Assembly: GCA_000934665.2 (NCBI GenBank)
Contig: KZ537998.1
Span: 124,001-168,899, forward strand
Length of the DNA: 44,899 nt
Source: Catajapyx aquilonaris
Lineage: Eukaryota
Direction of reading: 5' to 3'
A program made the translations under genes and the position numbers. The notes under the pieces were generated by a model. That model did no database searches. It saw only the letters and a list, made by a program, of their open reading frames with translations, and was not told where the DNA came from. Positions within the stretch are counted from its first letter, which is position 1, and each line of letters opens with the position of its first letter. Below, piece after piece: positions 1-10,002 of this stretch.

Positions 1-270
1 AACTGAGTTAAAACTTGCCTTATCGCACTCATGCTCTAGATTTTAGAATTTATTCCCGACTATACATATAAATGAGGAATACAGTATGTTATTCACTGTC
101 CAATGGTTTGGACGAAAGGGTAGCATGAAAAGCTTTCATATCGCTTTGAGCATAAAGCAATTTTTAACTGTTGAGAAATACGCACACAATGTCGGTTGGC
201 ATCATTCTGACACCAAGACATGTTTTTTGATACAGTTTTGGACATTAATAGAGTCGTACTGCTAGCGACA

Positions 271-555
271 ACCGAAGCAGGTTGGTGTAGGGGTTAAGGA
301 GCCAGACTGCTAATCGGGAGGTCCTGGGATCAAATCCCGGGGCCGGCAACTCTGACCGTGGTTTTCTGTGGTTTCCCACGGTCCCTCCAGGAAAATTCCG
401 GAGTTGTTTCCGTAATTAACAGGCCACAGCCACTTCCTTCCATCCCTATCCCTTCCCAAAAAGCGAAGCAAAAAGTAAAAAGCAAAGAGTTCCTGACAAA
501 AAAAAATTGGGATGAGCTCCCCCCCTAAGAGAGCCAATGGCTCTATCACGGGGTA

Positions 556-615
<60 letters not shown>
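271..615 (+). mobile_element. tRNA-derived SINE, copy 1, with (ATT)n tail
   Basis: Starts ACCGAAGCAGG. tRNA-like head with degenerate B box GGATCAAATCC. Central block GTGGTTTTCTGTGG...CAGGAAAATTCCGG...AGGCCACAGCC is shared with copies 2 and 3. 14-bp TSD TACTGCTAGCGACA at 257-270 and 616-629. Confidence 0.9.

Positions 616-616
<1 letters not shown>
556..616 (+). repeat. (ATT)n microsatellite forming the SINE tail
   Basis: About 20 perfect ATT units directly after the SINE 3' end. Confidence 0.95.
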
Positions 617-618
<2 letters not shown>

Positions 619-3019
619 TGCTAGCGACATTTTCCGAAGCGGCAGAAGAACGAATCGAAGATATGGATAGTGCAAGCCGCGCGAGCAAGATTCGTTCTTC
701 TGCCGCTTCAGAAAATTTCGCTAGCAGTATGACGTTAAATTGAAACAAATAAAAATCGAGATGTTGATTCACGCTTAAAATTTCCACCTTGCCTTATTGA
801 ATGACTAGGAATAGCGTCTAGGCCTCCGGCAATGCATTTGATCCAGTAAGGTTATGTCATTCACAATTTGCGTAACATATGCACAAAAAAAGAGGCAGTC
901 AATAGGTTAGTGCCTGAAAAACCTGTCCCCGTATAATTTGTTATGCTGTAAGGCACACCCGCTGCGAAGTTAATGTTGCCCATCCACTTGCAGGTGCAAT
1001 CGAAAGTGGTCAAGACCAGTAGGTCTACACTTTACTTTACACTTTACACGACTTCTGCATAACAATCTGTGCGTCCGTTATGCCAATCGTCTTCCCTTTC
1101 AGAGCAAATCTGTCATTGGATTTAAATTTTTCTGGAAATTGAATTGGAAAATGAATAAAATAAGACATAATTAATGTATTATACATATTAATAAATGACA
1201 ATTTAGGTGAATTAACCGATTTCTCAATCGCATACTACTTGTATTCAATAATTCAGCAACATGAACTCGCAAAGCTATAAAGTAACTTATCGGCATCAAT
1301 ATCAAAATGTAAAAATGGCCTCTCCAGCATGAATGAAAATTCAAGCTACGCCTATACCTTCAAGGTTAATAGCATATACCGTATATTCACAAACTATTTT
1401 CAGAACCACAGTGTAAACACATACGGTCATACTTAAATGATTTTTTATTGTTTTACAGAAATACTTACTAATTTTCTCTCCAATAAGCAAATGAGTACTG
1501 TACCGAACAGATACCTAACACGCGATACTGTACAATAATGTAGCAAAAAGGTTCATTTGCAAAACGTTCCCAGGAGAGGACCCCACCCAGATGGGTACAC
1601 TTTCAACTTTTTCCTGATTGCACTCTTCACGCTCTAATCTCCAGACTACGCCCCAATAGGTGTGACCTTTCTCTAAAATGTCTTGGCTTGAAAGATCAAC
1701 ATCATGCTCCACTGGTCTTAAGTGAAACAGGGCAACACAATACAATAACCCAAGGAGCAACATCCTCTAATTAAATACTTACCGGTACTGTCGCATTTTT
1801 TATTTCACCATATTGCATCAGTACTTCTTATTGGTCCTCACATCTACTTGTAGTATCAAACTTTAAGTAATATGTAATACGTAATTCAATTTCCGCTCTG
1901 GGATAGCGTAATTATATACGGCCATAATATTTTATGCGCATGCAAAATTGCGCGAAATTAGGTACAAGTTAAAGGGTCTACAGTAAAACAGTCCCATAGG
2001 TAAGTAATGGTTTTACTTCCAAGCGGACGTAAGCCCGCTAGAACGGAGTGAGTCGAAAATTGATCATTCCAATTTAAGTTGCGCCTTTTCATTAGCAGGT
2101 CGTAAGAAAACAAATTACAGCCTCCTTATGCAGACGACAAGTTTACATGCTTCTCAATTAGATTCCGTACAGTATGGTAGGCAACGCGACGGCAGGCTAC
2201 ATGTGTATTGCAACAAACATTAAAATTATCAGTCATTCACACCTCCTCACCAACACTATAATACGATCCCTGCAGCATGCCAATGCCACATATCATCACA
2301 CATTCAGTTTGATGCTGACGACATGTAGACAACTCCAGTGGAGTGGCCTGCAGTGGAAATCTGGGAAGCCCTTGTGGTCCTAACGTTTCCACCAAATCCA
2401 AGTGGAGGTAAACGTTGCATTACTTACTTCTCTTTCAAGCCTTACACAAGAGACGAGTCAAGGCTATCTTATTTCCAGCTTGAAACGGTACTTCCAAAGT
2501 GTTGCCTCTCTGAACCCCATTGTTGGATAATGAGATCACGAGAAGCTGACCATACACATTGCCTTTTACAAGATCTATTCCCTGCTGTACCATAACGTAC
2601 TTCCGGCAATATTTTGGCATGAACAGGCTTGTAACCGAACCAATATGCGGCTGTAATCAGTCCACTTTCAAGTGTGCGTCTGATGACTAGACACAAATAG
2701 GCTTCTGGGAAATTTGATCTAATCAGCCTTGAAGAATATAAGAACATACGTTCTTCAATCTCCGATATGACCAATCGCTACATCAAGCAAATTGAAGCAA
2801 TATGCAGGTGGCCTCCATATCCCTATCAGTGCAAACTCTTTACTAATCACCCCGGAAAACCCCCAGATCATCCCACCCAAAATTTGGTCAAATTCCTTCA
2901 AATTCCCAGAATGACCTGGTCGTCTCCGGGTATCTCCCAAAGAGTCACACCGCGTTGAGTGGAGCCTTCGCAGTGAGACGGTCGGTGCTGCGGTGGGGGG
3001 GAAAACGGGAGAGAGGTGG

Positions 3020-3338
3020 CTGCCGATAGGTGGCGTGCCAGCCAATGAGGGCGCCTGTGCTGGGCCCTCGCGTCATCATTCCCAGTGATTTACTCGACAG
3101 GCGCGGGAAGCCGCCGGTAGGCTCCCCTTTTGCCCACAGTTAGCATTGCTGCATCGCCAGGAGAAGGAAGGAGACGACGCGTCTCCGTGTGAGTTGAGTG
3201 TGGGATATCAGTGTGTGTTAGTGCCGGAAGTGTCAACGATTATTAAATCCTTGGTGTGAGTGTTTTCCCCCCCCCTTTTGTTCCCCACCCTGCCCTGGAG
3301 AGTAACCACTTTATGTTCAGATATAAAGCGTGGTAAGT
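3020..3338 (+). promoter_or_regulatory. Candidate promoter and first 5' UTR exon of the uzip-like gene
   Basis: CpG/GC-rich patch with CCAAT (3042-3046), CGTCA (3071-3075) and Inr-like ACAGTT (3136-3141). It is followed by GT-rich leader-like sequence and a consensus donor TG|GTAAGT at 3333-3338. The link to the 16537 acceptor is inferred. Confidence 0.45.
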
Positions 3339-6300
3339 GCCGGCGTGTGATGCACGTTTCAGCCTCCTCTGACTCATCGCTTACCTTTTTTTCTCTCTCT
3401 CTCTCTTACTGGTCCAAGATGGTTGGGTAACAAAAGGTGCCCTTGCCCTTGAACTTCCTCTGAAGGTGATGGATTCTCGGTACTCAAACAGGTTTCTAAG
3501 AGTTCAAATTTAAGCGCCAAATTTTGTACACCTGGCCATAAATTTGCCGTTAGTTTGAAACGAGCAAAGAAGTACGAAATAAGTTCGCACTCCAGGATTC
3601 CGCATTGTGCGGCCTGCAAAGAAAAGGATCGGGCCCAGAAACGAATGAATGAAATAGTGGCGGCAAAACCATAGCCCCCCCTTCCCCCCCNCCCCCCCCC
3701 CCCCCAAAAAAAAAAAACCCAGCAGCTGAGTCTTGTAGTGCGTGGGAAGTGGCCCATGACGCCATGTGGCCCCCTTTTTATCCCTCGAGTACAAAGCCAC
3801 GCGGGGTTCGGGTTTTTGCAACAAAAGCAACGTAGGGGTGGCCTCAGGTAAGTACGGCGTCCCCCCCTCCCCTTTACTATAGCCCACGGAATAATTTTAC
3901 ATGCATGATGCCCAAGTCCATCAAAGGCCAGTTTTTTGCTTGAAATGCAAAAATTGGCCAAACGCGAACGACCTTGTGGTAGGCTACTACACACATGTGC
4001 ACACCGGCTCTTTAGGTGTTTGGCTACTTTTTATATAAGAGTGGTCTAACCAAAGGTTACCCTCCCCCGTGCGTGCACGTGCATAGGTACCTGGGATGGG
4101 ATGATAATATTTCCGCATTCGAGTAGTACAGGCTGACCTTGAGCGAGTTTGCTATTGCGCGGCAATATATAAGAATGCGATCAATTGCGGCATAATTGGT
4201 GCCTACAAGTCGAAATCAGATTAATATACCCAACCTGGCTTAATTCGATTAATAACACCGTTTGTAGTAACATAACGGCATAATCAACGAAATTAATTTC
4301 AATGTTACGGTTATGTAAGGGTACCGTACCCCTGCATGGCCTGCGCGCTTCCTTCAGTATAATCGGAAACTATTCGTCTCCGGTACACACCAAATTACGG
4401 TATCACAGCCAACGGTACATTCGCCTCACTTTCGCTTCCCATGTAGATAAGTGTTTTCTGGGAGCACCCACGAGTTACCCATCTCGCCTGAAAGGGCACA
4501 GAGGTGGAATAGGAGGGGAAAAAATGGCGGATGTCCTAAGGCACAACCTCGCTCTGCTTGCCCCACACACGCGATTTCACACGCCACGTTGCGCTTTTTC
4601 ACATCACTCAGGCACACTTCTCAAGTGCAACCAGACAGCACTGCGACATTTTTTAAAAGGAATAACGCCTCCGCATTTTTTTTCCTTCAGAAAAAAACTA
4701 ATAATTTTACCAAACTATTGAGTGATAAATCCGTAAGTGTCATCCGAAATCAGCCTAATCCTCATTTACATTTTTGCCCATTTCCCCAAAGTGCTGTTGG
4801 ACCAAATAAACTGGCATAACTTTTGGGATGAGCCTCAACAACCGTCACAAAAGGGGAGGGTAAGAGGCGGTGTAGGAGGAAGAGAGTGGGGGGGGGGGGT
4901 CCCAGTATCGACTCTTGAATAGCAGCGCTTTCAAGTGCCAACTTTGATGCAGACCTTTCTGCACAGCTCCCATATAATCTAAGCAGAATGGGCTTTTCCT
5001 AGCGGCACTCATCCGCCCGATAATGAGGCCCGCGGATGCTGAAGCATAGACACAGGTCTCGCCTTCCCCATAAGGGTTGTGTTATGCACTTGTGCTAGGT
5101 GTCGGGATGCTCAATCACGTGCCTATGAATGGCATAGGTCGCCACCTAGTCGAACCAATCGCCACAATTAACCGCGCCTATCTCATAAAATTTATTTAAA
5201 AAATATATATATTCAAACAAAATAATTCGTGTCTGACTTAATAAGTGCATGCGCTCAAAACCACATTACCCACCTCCAAATTCGGCTAATAAAAAAACCT
5301 GCTTCTGCTTGGCATACAACTCGGAACCATTTGTAATTCCGCTACCAAGAAGGGGGAGTGGGGGAAAAAAAATAGAGCGGAGTCCCCAATGGAATCGTAG
5401 TGATTTAAAATTCATAATGCCCCGCGCAAATGGAATAGGCGACCAAGTGGAATCTAGTTTCGCCAGCTTGATATGGTCGAAATTGGGGGGAAAGGGAGGA
5501 GGGGGAGGGGGGGGGTGACTTAGTACAGGGAGAGAAAAAGGTGGCTCTGGATGAGTTGGGACCCGTTCTCCCTATTCCCTTTCAGCTCTTGTTTGTTGGG
5601 ATTCAATAATACTATTTCTGGCCATATAGCCTGAGGATGAAAAAAAAGCCAAATCGGGGTTAATTATGTATGTGTTATTTTTGTGCCGTGAACTGGAGCC
5701 TAACGTAAACTAATCGTCACGTATCTCCAGACTGATGGCGAAAGAGAGCAGTGACCTGCTTGGGTCATCAGTTCATCGCCGGCTTACAATACGCCTTGCG
5801 TTAAAACGAGCATAATCAGCACATGAATGACGCCATTGTTTAGAACCAGGCCAACAAAACGCTTTAATGTGTCAGTGAATACGTATGCGTAACACATCTT
5901 TTATAAACATGCATTTACTTAAATATGAGGTATGTCTCCCAATTTAATTTTAAAAAATTAAATAAAACGTACTTTGACATCCTGCAGACTCGCCTACTTC
6001 TATGCATTCATCAATAGAATCGGTACGTCCCCTCAAAAAAATGAAAATGCCTGCTACGCCAAGCCCAATACTTCCATCACGCAGTATATACGTAACCAGA
6101 ATAGATAGCCTGGCCTACTGCAGCATTCCGGTACATTACCCTAAGCAAACAGGATGTCAACTCGAATGACATGTTTCTAGTGATCTCCCGGCGCTTCCAG
6201 AGCAAACAGACCACGACGTGTATAAAACGATAGCCTGGTCCAAAAACCACGTATAGCTTCCAGTCAAGTATAAGGCATGGTCTACCCAGACAAAAAAAAA

Positions 6301-8932
6301 AGTGGCATTTCATAATAAAACCGTGGTTTACGGCGTCATTCCCGCGCTTGTAGATTGGATTTTTATTATTGAGCAGTGTTAGGTGTAGGTAGACGGCGAT
6401 GCCAACCAGCCGAATAGGGAAGCCTCGCCTGGTATCTGCCAAAACGGCAATTAGCAGAAGAGCGTGGAAGCTGCTGGCGAGTGGCAAAAAGTCAGGGTCG
6501 AAAGAAGCGTGATCCGTCTCTTGCGAGAGTTTAATGGTGGAAGACGCCGGATTTTCTGGATGGCTGCCGGAATTAACTGCATCCAGTCTGGCCTACATTA
6601 TTCAGCACTGTGTGTGTGTGTGTGTGACACATCAAAGCCAACGGATGAGTCCAGTTTTGTTTTCAAAAGCAGATGACGCGCCTGGTCTATAGCTTCGGCC
6701 ACATTATACAAACTTTGCGATATCATTCTGGCGCCGTACTAGGCAAACATCATTGTCACACCGGGGGTAAATAGATGACTAAATGCCTTTCGGATTATTT
6801 TTTTTTCCAGTCTCTATAATTGTACTGTCTGATGACTTGACTGTAACAATTGAAAGGCTCCGGGGAAAGAAAAAAAAACATGTTACGTACTCACTTATTA
6901 ATTTCTACTGCAAGAAATATCAGTAAAATTGGTATGTCACGAAACAATATTATTACAAATGATTGGGGCGTATCGCGCTCACAACTGCGAACGACGTATT
7001 TTGCAAATGGGCACGCAAATCATCCATTTGAAGATTTCCTCTTCCAAAAGAAGCTGAAGTGTTGGTAGGCGTGGTTAGGGGGTTAGGAAATGCAGTCTGA
7101 GAGGAAAACCGAACGTGGTAGAAAGAAGGGGGCTAGAGCAAAATTGGAGACGTGGGGGAGACGCATTGATTTTTCGCGCCATCCTGCGTCGACGCAACTG
7201 CACACTTTTATAACACGGTGCATACTGTACAGGATACGCATCAAAGCATGAACTATTAGTACAAAAAGATTTGTCGCCTCCAGGATGAAAGTGGAATCCC
7301 GTCGACAAGATGATTCCTCACGGTTGGAAGTTAGTTGGGAGTTGGCATGGAGGAGGGAGAAGAAATCGAACCAAGGATCGTATACTGGCAAAAGTGCGAG
7401 TTGATCAAAACTCCGGAATGGCAAATACCCGCATATTTAAGCAAGCGGGTCGGAGCCAAATTCGCAAACTTTAAGCTGTTGAATTAGGCAAATAGGAAGA
7501 GAGGCTTGGTACGGGGGAGGGGGGGGGGGAGAGAACCTGTACCGGTTTGCTCATGGTTGCATGTCGGTTTCTTAGATCATTTCCAGGAAGATGCGCGGGG
7601 GGAGAAAAAACCAGTATGCTAACGATAGTGGAGGTGAAAAGTGCACCATAAATAGGTCGTGTTTATGATCTAATTGGAGAATATGCGTCATTTGGATGAT
7701 TAGTGACTAGCACTTTGACTTGATACAAAATATGTCGTGCTAGTTCTGGGCGGCTTGGCCACTGCAACAGGTTGGCCTTTTATAGAATCCAGGGCTAGCG
7801 GTAAGCGAACAGGTGGGCTTACGGTAGGTAGGTAGGTGCAATTCCCCGGATTATTATCCGGCTCCTAACATCACAGAACGTCGCTCCGTGCAAATAGAAG
7901 GGGGGTTGAAAGATAATCGAAATGAGACAAGGCGATGGTGTCTCCCGGAGCGGAGTTAAGTCAAGGCGCGGTACCTATCGATGAATGTTAATGAGTCAGT
8001 CTTTGCTACACTACGCCTTTTCGTCATCACTTCAGGCTTCCCCTAGCTCAATTTGCAGCGGGATTTGCCCCCTGTCTTCTTCGAAGGAAGCATAGATCAA
8101 GGAAACTGTGGGGCCCCTTCCGACAAAGACACCTACGTCTCTGCCTTACTTCATGAATTACTAAATAGACTCTGGATAATTTATGAAGGGTTTACACGTG
8201 TATACGCAGTGCGAGACGGTTGAGTATTATTTTACCTGCTGCTTTTCCCTGCAGCAATCATCTCCAGCAGAAGGATATTGAGGTAAAAAAAAGGTCAGGT
8301 AATCATCTCGATACCTTCTTCAAATACGAATCCCAAGAGAGGTAGGAGGAACATGGTCGGCACGATTCCTCTTATTGTGCTTCATCAGAGAGTGGTCACG
8401 AAACGGGCTACTCCAGCTGCAGCAACTCCAAATTCTGGGGGCCCTACCAATCTTCCAGGTGAAGGCCTTTCGCCATAAAAATCCAGGGACCTGCTTTCAA
8501 ATATGCAGCTGCCGATGGCATCAAAAGTAGGGGGCGAGTCTATCGGGTGTAATAAAAGTCACTCGTGTTATTCGCATTCTGCCGCCATCTGCCTGGCACA
8601 CCGGCACGCCCATTGATTGGTTGTTAAATGCGTGACGCTACACTGCTCAATGCTTTCTTTACCCATATATCCAAACCACTTGTTCTGGATTTACCATCAC
8701 GCAACCAGCATCCATCAGGCGGGACCGTTGCGCCATTCCCGCGTGTCCGGCACTGATTGGCTTACCAGGTGCGTGATCCGACGCGACGCGACGCGCCTAT
8801 AATAGCCAATCAGCGACCAGAAGTGACAATGACGCTTCAGTCTCGCACCACAATTTTGGTTTTCAAGTCTTAAAAATATCCTTTTCAGTCCCCAGATACC
8901 CTCCATGACTTTTACAATTTGTCACTCCTTCC

Positions 8933-9012
8933 ATTCCTGTAGCTCAGTGGTAGAGCAACGCTTGAACCCATCTCAAGCGTGGTCCCGGGTTCGATTCCCG
9001 GCGGGAATACCA
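8933..9012 (+). tRNA. tRNA-like cloverleaf with atypical extended anticodon arm; isotype undetermined (tRNA-like ncRNA, pseudogene or SINE head)
   Basis: Acceptor ATTCCTG/CGGGAAT. D-arm GCTC-AGTGGTA-GAGC. 8-bp stem ACGCTTGA/TCAAGCGT with loop ACCCATC. Variable region GGTC. T-arm CCGGG-TTCGATT-CCCGG. Discriminator A9009, then CCA. A box (TAGCTCAGTGG) and B box (GGTTCGATTCC) fit consensus. Confidence 0.75.
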
Positions 9013-9945
9013 CAAATCAAAGAAAAAGTCGCTCTTCCCAAAATTTTAAGTCGTCCTCTACCCCCACTCAATTTTGCTCTTGCTTTTGGCCAAGGACAGC
9101 CCTCTGGTCCTCCCACGCACACTCTAACTTCACCCTCCACATCAAATCTCCCCTACCCCTAAAACCTCGATCGATTCTCCTACCCATCAGCCTGCTTTGG
9201 CCAGGAAGTTGGGGGGGAGGGAGTTGGAATATGTCGCACTTCCATGAAAAACACGCCATCTTGGCAAGTGGTCAACATCCTTGGGGCGTATGCAACCATG
9301 GCAACATCCCCTCTTTTTACTAGGAAAAAAAAACGCCAGAGGGGGGATATGGCACTAATCCAGTCTTGTTAAGACCAGGATCTATGAAAACCTGGGCTGT
9401 ATTAGAGATTACCTGTGGTGAAAACTAGAATCCGTCACAACCGCCGATTTAAGACCGGTCCTGACAAATATCGCCCGCTAAAGCTTATTGATGCCTCTCG
9501 TGGGGTTGCAAAAACTCTGGAGTGAAGAAAAATAGCTCCACATTTTTTTTGTGTGTGTGTTTGTGAACGATTTCGCTGTCTTTCAAGCTCCCGTTCCCAA
9601 GGGTTCAATATTTCAAGTCAGTTGTTTTAAAATAATTCCTGGAAGAAGCTGACAGGTTGATCTTGGAAGAAGGAATCCGGCTTTTGTTTCGCATCTGCCT
9701 TTGAGTCTTTCTGGGCCAAAAACGGAGATGAAACAGGCTGTTTCTTTGCGTTTCTTCAAACTTGCACAGCTTCTCCATCCAATTTTTATGCAGTGGAAAA
9801 GGGCCCGGTTTGAAGGGGGGAGGGAGGGGGGGTGTTTGCCACGCACTACCAAATAATGGAGGGCTAATGGTCTAGGCCTCTCCAATCCGTTTGTTTGCTA
9901 AAAACATATGACTTATCTTTCATCTGAAACGTATGGGGGGGGGGG

Positions 9946-10002
9946 NNNNNNNNNNNNNNNNNNNNNNNNNNNNNNNNNNNNNNNNNNNNNNNNNNNNNNN
10001 NN
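9946..10002. other. Assembly gap (57 N) between a poly-G and a poly-C run
   Basis: N run in the sequence. Single Ns also occur inside other G/C homopolymers, indicating sequencing difficulty at such runs. Confidence 0.95.

Larger units (their letters stand above)
253..733. mobile_element. Small palindromic (MITE-like) element interrupted by SINE copy 1
   Basis: Removing the SINE and one TSD restores a 45-bp left arm (253-270 + 630-656). It is the reverse complement of 689-733 with 3 mismatches; the spacer is 32 bp. Confidence 0.7.

Noticed and set aside
310..787. ORFs with poly-I, poly-N and poly-L tracts (also 42908-43348)
   Set aside because: Translations of ATT microsatellites and SINE sequence.
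7425..7450. ACCCGCATATTTAAGCAAGCGGGT, faintly like the 5' end of 28S rRNA
   Set aside because: Similarity is short and does not extend; it is just a small inverted repeat.
8958..8980. Reading the tRNA-like element as an intron-containing tRNA-Val, tRNA-Trp, initiator Met or Sec
   Set aside because: A 6-nt intron is too short and leaves G33/C37. The CCA register lacks U33/R37. A1-U72 and CCCAT recall initiator Met, but the T-loop and anticodon-stem G-C triplet do not fit. There is no long variable arm for Sec.
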